64,000 nucleotides of DNA from Syntrophales bacterium (lineage in GTDB: Bacteria; Desulfobacterota; Syntrophia; Syntrophales; PHBD01): NCBI GenBank assembly GCA_963668175.1, contig OY764159.1:3488001-3552000 (forward strand), read 5' to 3'. Positions 1 to 9,928 of this stretch are shown piece by piece (position 1 is the stretch's first letter; the number at the start of each line of letters is the position of its first letter). A program made the position numbers and the translations under genes. The notes beneath the pieces are model-generated. The model did not search any database. It saw nothing but the letters and a program-made list of their open reading frames with translations, and had not been told where the DNA came from.

Positions 1-428
1 CCATCACGGAGTTATCCACGGCCTTGCAGCAGAAGACGGTCGACGGACAGGACAACGGCGCCATCATCACCTACGACCTGGGGCTGCAGCAGTTCCAGAA
101 ATATGCCACCAAGGCGCAGCAGATCTATTCCGGCATGGAAATGTGCATGTCGAAAAAGACCTGGGACAAGCTGACGCCGGCCCAGCAGAAGATCGTTGCC
201 GAGGCCGCCAAGAAGGCCGCCGACGAACAGGTGAAAGTCAATCGCGAGCACGTGGCCCAGAGGTATGCGGCCATGGCGAAAGCCGGCATGCAGGTCATCG
301 ACCCGCCGCCTCAACTGGTCAGCGACCTGAAAGCGGTCGCCGTCAAGATTTGGAACGACCCCAAGTACGAGAAGCTGTACGGTAAAGAGGTTATGGATCG
401 CATTAAGAAGGAAGCTGCGAAGAAATAG
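1..428 (+). CDS. dctP: TRAP transporter substrate-binding protein (DctP family), 5' end outside the window
   Basis: Open from the window start; ELSTALQQKTVDGQDN and 'MSKKTWDKLTPAQQKIVAEAA' are typical of DctP C-termini; followed by dctQ/dctM. Confidence 0.9.
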   Translation, partial: ITELSTALQQKTVDGQDNGAIITYDLGLQQFQKYATKAQQIYSGMEMCMSKKTWDKLTPAQQKIVAEAAKKAADEQVKVNREHVAQRYAAMAKAGMQVIDPPPQLVSDLKAVAVKIWNDPKYEKLYGKEVMDRIKKEAAKK

Positions 429-455
429 ATTTCCTGACTTCTCTCTTTGATCGCT

Positions 456-494
456 GGGGAGGGGCGGGCGGAACCGGTTCCGCTACGCTCCCCC
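456..494. repeat. GC-rich intercistronic inverted repeat (possible mRNA-stabilising hairpin after the SBP gene)
   Basis: ggggaggggcgggcggaac-cg-gttccgctacgctcccc imperfect palindrome between dctP and dctQ; no U-tract. Confidence 0.5.
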
Positions 495-527
495 TCACGC
501 GATAGAATGAAACGAGGTAAACGCTCA

Positions 528-1082
528 ATGAAACTGTTGGAAAAATTCGTCAATGCCCTGACGGGAGTGGAATACTGGGTGACCGTCCCGCTGTTCGTCG
601 TGATGCTCATCGTGATGCTCCTGCAGGTGGTTTGCCGCTATATCCTGGAGATTCCGCTGGCATTCTCCGAGGAGCTGGCCCGTTACCTGTTCGTCGCCTG
701 CACCTTTCTGGGCGCGGCCATTGCCACCGCCGAACGCGGCCATATCGAAATCAACTTCGTCGAACTGGCGATCGTCAGATTCCTTAAAAATCCCTCAGGA
801 CGGATGAGGGCCGCCATCTTCATGAATATCTTTCGCGACCTCGGCACCGTTGTCTGTCTGTCCTTCGTCACTTATGAATCTTATCACCTGGTCACGGACC
901 AGGTGAAAATGGGGCAGATTTCCACCGCCATGGAAATACCTCTCTGGATCGTGACGGCTTCCATGTTTCTTGGGCTTGCGCTCTGCATCCTGCACAGCCT
1001 GGCGTTGATCGTTCTCAACCTGGCCGGACGCGGCCCCATGGGATACGAGTTCGCGGAAGGAGAGCAATCGTCATGTATCTGA
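528..1082 (+). CDS. dctQ: TRAP transporter small permease (DctQ)
   Basis: About 4 TM helices, 'QVVCRY..FSEELARYLFV', 'GHIEI'; ATG at 528 after GAGG. Confidence 0.92.
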   Translation: MKLLEKFVNALTGVEYWVTVPLFVVMLIVMLLQVVCRYILEIPLAFSEELARYLFVACTFLGAAIATAERGHIEINFVELAIVRFLKNPSGRMRAAIFMNIFRDLGTVVCLSFVTYESYHLVTDQVKMGQISTAMEIPLWIVTASMFLGLALCILHSLALIVLNLAGRGPMGYEFAEGEQSSCI

Positions 1083-2377
1083 TCAGCATGTTCATCCTGT
1101 TTTTCGTCGTTCTGGCCGTCCTGCGCATTCCCATTCCCTTCAGCGCCGGGCTGGCCGGCATCCTCTGCATGTTTCTGGGCGACATCCCTCTGACCGTCAT
1201 CCCCGCCCGCATGTTCGGCAGCGTCGATTCCTTCGCCTTTCTGGCCATTCCCGCCTTTATCTATTCGGGCGATGTCATGGCCCTCGGCGGAATCACGGCG
1301 GCGATGATCACCTGGGTGCGGTCGCTCACGGGACGGCTGAAGGGCAGCGTCGCCGCCACGGCGGTGATCGCGTCGGCCCTGTTCGGGACGATATCCGGTT
1401 CCTCCGTCGCCACCGTCAGCGCCATCGGCGGCATGATGCTCCCCGAAATGGTCAAGGCCGGCTACGACAAGCGATACGCCACCGCCCTGGTCGCGGCCTC
1501 CGGCTTTCTGGGCATCCTCATACCGCCGAGCATTCCGGGTGTCGTCTACGCCCTGTCCGTCGGTCTCCCCGTCGGCGACGTCTGGCTCGCCACGGCCGTG
1601 CCGGGCGTCCTCCTGACCATTGTCTATGTGGTCTATAACCGTATATTCTTCGCCCACCACGAGATCCAGGATACGGGAGCATTCACCGCCCGCACCTACT
1701 TTCAGAAAGTCGCCAAGACTTCGGCCCGGGGCGTCGTCGCCCTTCTCATGCCCGTCATCATCTTCGTGGGCGTTTACGGCGGCATCATGACGCCGACGGA
1801 AGCCGGCGCCGTGGCCGTGGCCTACGGTCTCCTGGCGGGATGGGTCATCTATCCCCTTATATTCAAGGACAAGTCGGAAGCGGGTTTGATCGCCATTACG
1901 AAGAAGAGCGCCGTAACGAGCGCCGCCATCATGCTCCTGATCGCCTTTGCGGCCATTCCCAGCGCCATGTTCACCTACGGCGACTGCGCCACGGCCGTAA
2001 CGGACTGGCTTCTCGGCATCACGCAGTCCCCGGTTGTCTTTCTCCTCCTTGTCAACGGCGTGCTTCTGATCGTCGGGATGTTCATGGAAACCAACACGAG
2101 CATCCTGCTTCTTGCCCCCATTCTGGCGCCGGCGGCCACGGCTTTCGGCATCGATCCGATCCACTTTTCGGCCGTCATGCTCCTTAATCTCGAAATCGGC
2201 ATGATCACGCCTCCCTTTGCCTGCAACATCTTCGTAGCCTGCAGGCTCGGCGACCTCAGTATGGACAAGATCCTCGTTCCTATTCTGGGATTCATTGCCT
2301 GCTGTATTCCGGTCCTGTTCGCGACCACATACGTTCCCTCCATATCGCTCTGTATTGTCCGATGGATGGGACACTAG
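1073..2377 (+). CDS. dctM: TRAP transporter large permease (DctM)
   Basis: 434-aa hydrophobic protein with 'ISGSSVAT', 'LIPPSIP', 'TPTEAG', 'ITPP' DctM motifs. Confidence 0.95.
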   Translation: MYLISMFILFFVVLAVLRIPIPFSAGLAGILCMFLGDIPLTVIPARMFGSVDSFAFLAIPAFIYSGDVMALGGITAAMITWVRSLTGRLKGSVAATAVIASALFGTISGSSVATVSAIGGMMLPEMVKAGYDKRYATALVAASGFLGILIPPSIPGVVYALSVGLPVGDVWLATAVPGVLLTIVYVVYNRIFFAHHEIQDTGAFTARTYFQKVAKTSARGVVALLMPVIIFVGVYGGIMTPTEAGAVAVAYGLLAGWVIYPLIFKDKSEAGLIAITKKSAVTSAAIMLLIAFAAIPSAMFTYGDCATAVTDWLLGITQSPVVFLLLVNGVLLIVGMFMETNTSILLLAPILAPAATAFGIDPIHFSAVMLLNLEIGMITPPFACNIFVACRLGDLSMDKILVPILGFIACCIPVLFATTYVPSISLCIVRWMGH

Positions 2378-2409
2378 ATATCTCATATATGAAAGGAAGA
2401 AGATTCAAC

Positions 2410-3780
2410 ATGGCAGTAGCTTCAGCGATAAGAACGAACCCTGCAAGTGCATACGGCAATAAGCTGGTTTCTCCCGAAGAGGCCGTGAAGGCCGTCAAAT
2501 CGGGCGATGTCGTTCACTATGGGGGTTTTAACGGAACGGTATACGATCTGGACGAGGCCCTGGCCAAAAGGATCCATGAACTTCATGACCTGAAAATCAT
2601 CAACAGCATCTGGCCCTATGCCCATCGCCCGGCAATCATGCAGGCCGATCCCAAGGGCGAACACGTCAAATGGCAGTCTACCCAATTCAGCCCGGTGGAA
2701 CGGCAGATGAACAGGGACGGTATCTGCTGGTACATTCCCGTGCAGTACCGGGAGCAGCTGAAATACTGGCGCCAGGATACGAAGATCGATGTGTCCATGT
2801 TCCAGGTCGCCCCCATGGATAAGAACGGGTTTTTCAATGTAGGCCCCCAGGTATCGGACGCCCCGGCCGTCATCGAACGCGCCAGGACCATCATCGTGGA
2901 AGTCAACGAAAAGATGCCGCGCGTCTGCGGGGCGTACGGCGACGCCCTGCACATATCAGACGTCGATTATGTCGTCCAGGGCGCGAACCGCCCCCTGCCC
3001 GAGCGCTTGGCCGGCGCACCCAATGCCGTCCAGCAGAAAATCGCGGAACTCATCGTACCCCTGATACATGACGGCAGCAGTCTGCAATTGGGTATCGGAG
3101 GACTTCCCAACAGCGTCGGCAACCTGATCGCCGCCTCCGATATCAAAGACCTGAGCGTCCATTCGGAAATGTTCGTGGATGCCTTCTTGAATCTCTACAA
3201 GGTTGGAAAAATTACGGGAAACAAGAATCTGGACCGCGGCAAAATGGTCTGGACCTTTTCCATGGGTTCCCAGGAACTCTATGACTTTATCGATCAAAAT
3301 CCCTTGCATCTTGTTTATCCTGTCGAGTATGTAAACGAAATATCGACGATAGCCAAACTCGACAATTTCGTTTCCATCAACAGCTGCCTGGAAGTGGACC
3401 TGTTCGGCCAGGTGAATTCGGAGTCGTCGGGTATGCAGCATATCGGCGGCAACGGCGGGCAACTCGATTTCGTTCTGGGCGCCTATCTGTCCAAGGGCGG
3501 CCAGAGCTTCCTCTGCACGCCTTCCACCCTCAGGACGAAAGATGGGCAGCTGAAAAGCCTGATACGGGGCCGTTTTGACGCCGGTGCGGTCGTCACGGTG
3601 CCGCGGCAGGCCACGCACTATATCGTCACCGAGTACGGCGTGGCCAATATGAAGGGGAAGTCGACGTGGCAGCGTGCTGAGGCCCTCATCAACGTCGCCC
3701 ATCCGGACTTCCGGGACGAGTTGGTCCGTGAAGCGGAAAAAATGGGCGTGTGGAAGATCAGCAGCCGCTGCAGTAAGTGA
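2410..3780 (+). CDS. Family I acyl-CoA:acetate CoA-transferase (butyryl-CoA:acetate / 4-hydroxybutyrate CoA-transferase-like)
   Basis: 'LQLGIGG', 'HSEM' (catalytic Glu), 'GGQLDFVLGAYLSKGG', 'VTEYGVANMKGKSTWQRAEALINVAHPDFR'; start taken at ATG 2410. Confidence 0.88.
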   Translation: MAVASAIRTNPASAYGNKLVSPEEAVKAVKSGDVVHYGGFNGTVYDLDEALAKRIHELHDLKIINSIWPYAHRPAIMQADPKGEHVKWQSTQFSPVERQMNRDGICWYIPVQYREQLKYWRQDTKIDVSMFQVAPMDKNGFFNVGPQVSDAPAVIERARTIIVEVNEKMPRVCGAYGDALHISDVDYVVQGANRPLPERLAGAPNAVQQKIAELIVPLIHDGSSLQLGIGGLPNSVGNLIAASDIKDLSVHSEMFVDAFLNLYKVGKITGNKNLDRGKMVWTFSMGSQELYDFIDQNPLHLVYPVEYVNEISTIAKLDNFVSINSCLEVDLFGQVNSESSGMQHIGGNGGQLDFVLGAYLSKGGQSFLCTPSTLRTKDGQLKSLIRGRFDAGAVVTVPRQATHYIVTEYGVANMKGKSTWQRAEALINVAHPDFRDELVREAEKMGVWKISSRCSK

Positions 3781-3875
3781 TGACAGATGCGGGAACGGCC
3801 GTCCTGACGGTTTCCCCGCCGCGTAGCGGGTCTGCCGGCATGCCGCAGCCTCCAGTTTTGCAGGAGCAGGAGATT

Positions 3876-5102
3876 ATGGAAAAAAAGAAGACGTCGAAGC
3901 AACTACTGGGCGAACTGCTCGCCAAACATTACGCGGATGCCCTGGAAGCAAAGAAGGCGGGAGAACTTGTGGCCTGGTCCACATCGATTGCGCCCCAGGA
4001 GCTTCTGGAGACGATGAATATCAAGGTTGTCTATCCCGAAAACCACGCAGCGGCCATCGGTGCGAGAAAAGACGCCCCGATGTTCCTTGAAGACGCGGAG
4101 AGTAACGGATACTCGCTCGATCTATGTTCGTATGCACGCGTCAATATCGGTTACTCGAACATCCGGGAAAGTCTGGCCGGCAATATCCCCCTGCCCGACC
4201 TTCTCTTCTGCTGCAGCAACATCTGTATGACCGTCATCAAATGGTACGAGAATCTGGCTCATGAACTCCATATCCCCATGATCCTCATCGATACGCCTTT
4301 TAACCACACTTACCAGATTTCGGACGAAAGCGTTCGATATATCCACGGACAGATGGAACACGCCATCAAACAGTTGGAGGCGATCACGGGAAAACGATTC
4401 GACCGGGACCGCTTCCAGGAGGTCATGAAAATCTCTTCCGAGACGGCGAAATGGTGGAAAAAGGCCACGTCGCTGGCCATGGCGAAGCCGTCGCCTTTCA
4501 ACGGCTTCGATATGTTCAACTACATGGCGATTATCGTCTGTATGCGGGGAACCAGGGAAGCGCTGGCGCTCTTCAAGCTGTGGGCGGAGGAGTTGCAGGA
4601 AAAGATAGACCGCGGCGAAGGGCCATGGAAAGATCAGGAAGAGAAATACCGCATCATGTGGGACGGAATCGCCTGTTGGCCCCACCTGTCCGATACGGCC
4701 CGGGTGTTGAAGAAGAACGGGATCAATATGGTTGCTTCGACCTACCCGGACTCATGGACGGTCGTTTACGACAGCGACGATCCGGACACGATGGCAAGGG
4801 CCTACAGCGCAAATTACGTCAACCGGAATCTCGATTACGGCACAGGCAACATCGTTCAACTGGTGAAAGATTTCTCCCTGGACGGCATCATCTACCATTC
4901 CAACCGGAGCTGCAAACTGATGGATTTTCGGCAGTACGAAGTGCAGCGCCGCGTACAGGAGAAGACGGGCATCCCCTCCGTTATTTTCGACGGAGACCAG
5001 ACGGACCCGCGGGCTTTTTCCCTGGCGCAGTACGAAACGAGGATTCAGGCCCTGGTCGAGATGATGGAGCAACGGAAAGAAGAAAGGGCCCGCAGAGTAT
5101 GA
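3876..5102 (+). CDS. 2-hydroxyacyl-CoA dehydratase alpha subunit (HadB/FldB/HgdA family)
   Basis: 'YPENHAAAIGARK', 'DLCSYARVN', 'CSNIC..VIKWYEN', 'RSCK', 'FDGDQTDPRAFS.AQYETRIQAL'; ATG 3876 after AGGAG. Confidence 0.93.
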   Translation: MEKKKTSKQLLGELLAKHYADALEAKKAGELVAWSTSIAPQELLETMNIKVVYPENHAAAIGARKDAPMFLEDAESNGYSLDLCSYARVNIGYSNIRESLAGNIPLPDLLFCCSNICMTVIKWYENLAHELHIPMILIDTPFNHTYQISDESVRYIHGQMEHAIKQLEAITGKRFDRDRFQEVMKISSETAKWWKKATSLAMAKPSPFNGFDMFNYMAIIVCMRGTREALALFKLWAEELQEKIDRGEGPWKDQEEKYRIMWDGIACWPHLSDTARVLKKNGINMVASTYPDSWTVVYDSDDPDTMARAYSANYVNRNLDYGTGNIVQLVKDFSLDGIIYHSNRSCKLMDFRQYEVQRRVQEKTGIPSVIFDGDQTDPRAFSLAQYETRIQALVEMMEQRKEERARRV

Positions 5103-6232
5103 ATCGCATCGAAGAGATCATCGAACTTTTGACGGATACGGCAAGCCATCCGGCGAAGGCGGTGAAAACCGCCATGAAGGAAACGGGAAAAAAGGCCGTC
5201 GGCTGTTTTCCCTATTACACGCCCGACGAGATCATCTACGCCGCGGGCTTTCTGCCCGTCGGCCTCTGGGGCGGCCAGACGGACGTAAAACTGGCCGACA
5301 AGTATTTGCAGAGTTTCTGCTGTTCCATCATGCGGATCAACGTCGAGCAGGGCATGAAAGGGCTGTACGATTTTCTGTCGGCCGTCGTGATTCCCATCTA
5401 CTGCGATACGTTGAAATGCATTTGCGACAACTGGACCGTGGCCGTACCGCAAACCCATTTGATTCCTATTTACTATCCGCAGCATCGCCGGATCGCAACG
5501 GGTATTGCCTATCTCGTGGACGAATACGGGAAGATCCAGAACGATCTCGAAAATATCGCCGCAAAGAAGGTGACGGAAGAGGACCTCAAGGCCGCCATCG
5601 CGCTTTACGACGATTACCGCCGGACCATGCGGCAATTTACGGTCCTCGTCGGCCGTTATCCGCTGACGCTGAATGCCAAGACGCGCCATGCCGTCATCAA
5701 GGCCGGCTATTTCATGGACAAGAAGACCTACACGCCTTTGGTCAGGGAACTCATGGCAGCGTTGGAGAAGACGCCTGCAGAGAAATTCAACGGGATCAAG
5801 GTGGTGGTCACCGGCATCATGGCCGAACCGGACATCCTGCTGGATGCCTTCGTACAGAACCGGATTGCCTTCGTCGCAGACGATCTTGCCCAGGAATCGA
5901 GGCAGTTCAGGACGGCAACGCGCAGCGAAGGGACCGCCATCGAAAGATTGGCCTATCGAATTGCCGATCAGTACGGTTGTTCGCTTCTATATGACGAAAA
6001 AAAGACGCGCGGGAAGATGCTGGTCGATATGGTTCAGGAAACCAAAGCCGACGGCGTGGTCGTGTCCATGATGAAATTCTGCAACCCCGAGGAGTTCGAT
6101 TACCCCATCTTCAAGAAGGAACTTGAAGAGGCGAATATTCCCGTACTGTACCTGGAAATCGAGCAGAAAATGGATGCAGCGGAACAGATCCGGACCCGGA
6201 TTCAGAGTTTCGCCGAAATGCTGAAACGATAA
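5099..6232 (+). CDS. 2-hydroxyacyl-CoA dehydratase beta subunit (HadC/FldC/HgdB family)
   Basis: ATGA overlap with the alpha gene; 'YTPDEIIYAAG', 'SFCCS', 'CDTLKC', 'DDLAQESRQF', 'MMKFCNPEEFDYP', 'EQIRTRIQSFAEML'. Confidence 0.93.
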   Translation: MNRIEEIIELLTDTASHPAKAVKTAMKETGKKAVGCFPYYTPDEIIYAAGFLPVGLWGGQTDVKLADKYLQSFCCSIMRINVEQGMKGLYDFLSAVVIPIYCDTLKCICDNWTVAVPQTHLIPIYYPQHRRIATGIAYLVDEYGKIQNDLENIAAKKVTEEDLKAAIALYDDYRRTMRQFTVLVGRYPLTLNAKTRHAVIKAGYFMDKKTYTPLVRELMAALEKTPAEKFNGIKVVVTGIMAEPDILLDAFVQNRIAFVADDLAQESRQFRTATRSEGTAIERLAYRIADQYGCSLLYDEKKTRGKMLVDMVQETKADGVVVSMMKFCNPEEFDYPIFKKELEEANIPVLYLEIEQKMDAAEQIRTRIQSFAEMLKR

Positions 6233-6311
6233 GCAGCGGGTAAGCGCATCATCGGCCTGTGAAAAGCAATCCGGACTACCGTTGAAAACTATGTTTCTCT
6301 GAGGAGGAAAG

Positions 6312-7100
6312 GTGTTTTTAGGCATCGATATCGGGTCATCAACGTCGAAAGCGGTCGTAATGAATGCCCGGCGGGAAATCGCGGGCAGGGCCGTCATCAA
6401 TACGGGGACGGGAACGCAGGGTCCGGAAAAAGCCGTGGCGGCTGCACTCAAAGAATCGGGGCTCGTCCGCGAGGATATCAAGGCCTCCGTGGTTACGGGC
6501 TACGGAAGAATCACCTATCAGGATGCGGATAAGCAGATTACGGAGATCAGCTGCCATGCCAGGGGCATCGCCTTTCTGATGCCGGCGGCCAGGACCGTTA
6601 TCGATATCGGCGGTCAGGACGCCAAGGTGATCAAGCTGGACGAAGGCGGCAACGTGACGAATTTTGTCATGAATGAAAAATGCGCGGCGGGAACGGGGCG
6701 ATTCCTGGAGGTGATGGCGCGGATACTGGATTGCGGGATAGAGGATCTGGCTGCTCTCGCGGAGCGGGCCACAGCGGAGATCGTTATCAGCAACACCTGT
6801 ACCGTCTTCGCCGAATCGGAAGTCATATCCCAGCTGGCCGCCGGCGCCAAAAGGGAAGATGTGGCCAAGGGCGCCCACAGAGCGGTAGCCAAGAGGGTGG
6901 CCGGTTTGGGAAGCCGTATGGGCATGCGACCGGACGTCGTCATGACCGGAGGCGTGGCCCTGAACCGGGGAGTCGTCGCTGCTCTCGAACGGGAAATCGG
7001 CGAAAGGATCATCGTCGCCGAAAATCCGCAGTTGATCGGGGCCATCGGGGCCGCCCTATATGCAACGGTATATTCAAAGGAAATGGAAGAAAAAGCATGA
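6312..7100 (+). CDS. ATP-dependent [4Fe-4S] dehydratase activator (HadI/HgdC/FldI family)
   Basis: 'GIDIGSSTSK', 'TGYGR', 'EISCHARG', 'DIGGQDAK', 'MNEKCAAGTGRFLE', 'CTVFAESEVIS'; GTG start after GAGGAGG. Confidence 0.95.
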   Translation: MFLGIDIGSSTSKAVVMNARREIAGRAVINTGTGTQGPEKAVAAALKESGLVREDIKASVVTGYGRITYQDADKQITEISCHARGIAFLMPAARTVIDIGGQDAKVIKLDEGGNVTNFVMNEKCAAGTGRFLEVMARILDCGIEDLAALAERATAEIVISNTCTVFAESEVISQLAAGAKREDVAKGAHRAVAKRVAGLGSRMGMRPDVVMTGGVALNRGVVAALEREIGERIIVAENPQLIGAIGAALYATVYSKEMEEKA

Positions 7101-8137
7101 AAACGAGGATTACAGAGCTTTTCGGCGTAAAATATCCCATCCTTCTGTCGGGTATGAGTTGGATCAGCACACCCGCCATGGTCGCCGCCGTGTCGAACGC
7201 CGGCGGTCTCGGCATCCTCGCCACGGGGTATTTCAGCCCGGAAGAGACGAGGAAGGCCGTCCGGGAAACCAGAAGCCTGACGGACAAGCCTTTCGGGGCC
7301 AATGCCTCCCTGATTCTTCCCCATGCCCTGGAAAGTGCAAGGGTCCTTCTCGAGGAAAAAGTTCCCGTGATCAATTTTTCCCTCGGCAAGGGCGACTGGA
7401 TCGTCAGAGGCGCCCATGAATACGGCGGCAAGGTCGTCGCCACGGTGGTCAATCATACCCATGCCAAAAGAGCCCAGGATTACGGCTGCGACGGCGTCAT
7501 CGTAACGGGGCACGAGGCGGCGGCCCACGGCGGGGATGTGGCGACGTTCGTGCTCGTTCCCGGCATCACCGGCAAGATTTCCATCCCCGTCATCGTTGCG
7601 GGCGGCATTGCCGACGGCAGAGGCCTCGCGGCCGCCCTGGCCCTGGGCGCGGAAGGCGTCGCCATGGGCACCCGTTTCATGACGACTAGGGAAAGTCCCC
7701 TGCACGATCTATCCAAGAAACTGGCCCTCGAAAAGAGCATTTACGATACGGTCTATTCGGACCGCATCGACGGCATGGGAACGCGGGTCCTCGACACGCA
7801 GTCGGCCCGGCAGGCCATTGCCCGGGGGTTCAGCGTCTTTTCCGCATTCACCAGCGCTGTGAAAATAACGAGGGAGATGAAACTGTCGTTTTCAAAGGAG
7901 TTGTTCGGGGTTCTCTCCCAGGGCATCAAGAAATCCATTCAGCTCGCCCACCTGGCGGCAGGCGGCGAAGCCTACGAGCGTTCCATGTTCGGGGACTTCG
8001 ACAAGGGGATTCTTCTCGCGGGACAGGCCGTCGGCTTGATCGAAGACCTGCCGTCCGTCGACGACCTGATCAAAACGATGGTTGCGGAAGCGAAGGACAT
8101 TCAAACGAGGATGGGCAGACAACTGGCAGACGTGTAA
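7097..8137 (+). CDS. FMN-dependent nitronate monooxygenase / FabK / IpdC-like oxidoreductase (probable enoyl-thioester reductase)
   Basis: ATGA-coupled; 'MKTRITELFGVKYPI', 'AAVSNAGGLG', 'TDKPFGAN', 'EAAAHGG', 'AGGIADGRG', 'MGTRF', 'AGQAVGLI'. Confidence 0.88.
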   Translation: MKTRITELFGVKYPILLSGMSWISTPAMVAAVSNAGGLGILATGYFSPEETRKAVRETRSLTDKPFGANASLILPHALESARVLLEEKVPVINFSLGKGDWIVRGAHEYGGKVVATVVNHTHAKRAQDYGCDGVIVTGHEAAAHGGDVATFVLVPGITGKISIPVIVAGGIADGRGLAAALALGAEGVAMGTRFMTTRESPLHDLSKKLALEKSIYDTVYSDRIDGMGTRVLDTQSARQAIARGFSVFSAFTSAVKITREMKLSFSKELFGVLSQGIKKSIQLAHLAAGGEAYERSMFGDFDKGILLAGQAVGLIEDLPSVDDLIKTMVAEAKDIQTRMGRQLADV

Positions 8138-8252
8138 TCACATCAGCGCGGGCGGATATCGACATAAAGGATGGGTCGCTCCAGTTACCAGGCCGGCAAT
8201 ATACATAGCGGCGGCTCATTCTATTTCATCAGCAAAGGAGTAGAACGAGACT

Positions 8253-9116
8253 ATGAAAATCAATACAATAGGAGTAATCGGGGCGGGGAACATGGGGCGT
8301 CAGATCGCCCTGCAGTGCGCCCTGTCGGGTTTCGAGGTTTACTGCACGGACACGATCGCCGTTGTTCTGCAAAGCGCCGAGGCCTTTTCGCGCAAGTGGC
8401 TCGCCGACCGCGTCGCCAAGGGCAAGATGGCCGAGGATGAGGCCAAAACGGTAAGCGCCCGCCTGCACTACACGGCCGAGCTGGCCGAGGCCGCCAAGGG
8501 CGCAGACCTCATCATCGAAGCCATCATCGAGATATTGGAAACGAAGCGGGCGCTCTTCAAAGAGCTGGACAAGCTCTGTCCGGCCCACACGATCCTTGCG
8601 ACCAACAGCTCGTACATCGTGAGTTCCAGGATCGCCGACGCCACGAAACGGCCCGACAAGGTCCTGAACATGCACTTCTTCAACCCGGCCCTCGTCATGA
8701 AGCTCGTCGAGGTCGTCCAGGGTCCCCACGTCTCCGACGAAACCGTCGAGACGGTCATCGAAGTCAGCAAGGCGTTGGGCAAGGTGCCCACCAGGGTGAA
8801 CAAGGAGATCTACGGCTTCATCTGCAACCGGATGTTCAGCGCCATCACGAAGGAGGCCTGCTACCTCCTGGATCTGGGCATCGCCTCCATCGAGGACATC
8901 GACAACGCCGCGAAGAACGGCCTGGGGCATCCGATGGGTCCCCTGCAGCTCCTCGACATGACGGGGATCGACCTCGAATACTACGTCTCCATGGAACGTT
9001 ACCAGGAGACGCGGAACCTCGCCGACAAGCCGAGTCCCGGCCTCGTGGAGCGTTACGCCCGGGGCGACTACGGCAGGAAGACGGGCAAGGGATTCTACGA
9101 TTACACGAAGAAGTGA
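8253..9116 (+). CDS. hbd: 3-hydroxyacyl(butyryl)-CoA dehydrogenase
   Basis: GAGNMG Rossmann motif, 'IEAIIE', 'ATNSS', 'MHFFNP', 'GFICNR', 'PMGP', 'GRKTGKGFYDY'. Confidence 0.9.
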   Translation: MKINTIGVIGAGNMGRQIALQCALSGFEVYCTDTIAVVLQSAEAFSRKWLADRVAKGKMAEDEAKTVSARLHYTAELAEAAKGADLIIEAIIEILETKRALFKELDKLCPAHTILATNSSYIVSSRIADATKRPDKVLNMHFFNPALVMKLVEVVQGPHVSDETVETVIEVSKALGKVPTRVNKEIYGFICNRMFSAITKEACYLLDLGIASIEDIDNAAKNGLGHPMGPLQLLDMTGIDLEYYVSMERYQETRNLADKPSPGLVERYARGDYGRKTGKGFYDYTKK

Positions 9117-9147
9117 GGCGGCGACGTTTTCCGGAAAGGATAGAGAC

Positions 9148-9912
9148 ATGAATTACGAAAACATTCAGTTCGCGGTGAGCGGGGCGACGGCCGTTTTAAT
9201 GCTGAACCGTCCGAAGGCGATGAACGCCCTGAACCGCGCGCTTGTGGACGAACTGGACCATGCCGTGGACCGGATCGCGAACGACCCGTCCATCGCGGCG
9301 GTTGTCCTCTCGGGCGAGAAGAACTTCGCGGCGGGGGCGGACATCACGTCGATGGTGGAGATGGACCCGGAAGCGGCGAAGGCGTTTGCCTTCACGCCGA
9401 CGTATCAGAAGATCGAAGAGCTGGCAAAGCCGACGATTGCCGCGATATCGGGCTTTGCCCTGGGAGGCGGCCTGGAGCTGGCCCTGGCGTGCGACATCCG
9501 GATCGCCGGTCCCGATGCGAAGCTTGCCTTCCCCGAGATCAATATAGGGATATTCCCCGGCGCCGGGGGGACGCAGCGTCTGCCCCGGCTGGTGGGACCC
9601 GCCCGGGCAAAGGAGCTGATCTTCCTGGGGACGACGCTCGACGCCCAGAAGGCGCTCGAATACGGTCTCGTGAACAGCATCGCGGACGATCCGCTGGACG
9701 CGGCCATGAAGATGGCGTTGAAGCTGGCGGGGAAGCCCGCCGTGGCCCTGGCGCGCGCGAAGGAATGCATCAACATCGCCTCGGAGTCGGGCCTTAAGGC
9801 GGGACTGAAAGCCGAGGCGGAGAAATGGGGCAGCCTCTTTACGACGGCGGACCAGAAGGAAGGCATGCGGGCCTTCCTGGAGAAGAGGAAACCGGTCTAC
9901 AAGGGTCAATGA
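9148..9912 (+). CDS. crt: Enoyl-CoA hydratase (crotonase)
   Basis: 'LNRPKAMNALN', 'FAAGADI', '[11 protein letters not shown]', '[22 protein letters not shown]' with both catalytic Glu. Confidence 0.9.
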   Translation: MNYENIQFAVSGATAVLMLNRPKAMNALNRALVDELDHAVDRIANDPSIAAVVLSGEKNFAAGADITSMVEMDPEAAKAFAFTPTYQKIEELAKPTIAAISGFALGGGLELALACDIRIAGPDAKLAFPEINIGIFPGAGGTQRLPRLVGPARAKELIFLGTTLDAQKALEYGLVNSIADDPLDAAMKMALKLAGKPAVALARAKECINIASESGLKAGLKAEAEKWGSLFTTADQKEGMRAFLEKRKPVYKGQ

Positions 9913-9928
9913 TTGGAAAGGAGCATCT

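Noticed and set aside
4451..5098. Long N-terminal extensions in the ORF track (4451, 6680, 21736, 51661, 34757 starts)
   Set aside because: They overlap upstream genes or intergenic DNA; RBS position, ATGA coupling and domain starts support the shorter starts reported.
3876..7100. Benzoyl-CoA reductase (class I, BcrABCD) interpretation
   Set aside because: Motifs match HadB/HadC-type dehydratases, there is one small activator, and no dch/had/oah ring-cleavage genes are present.
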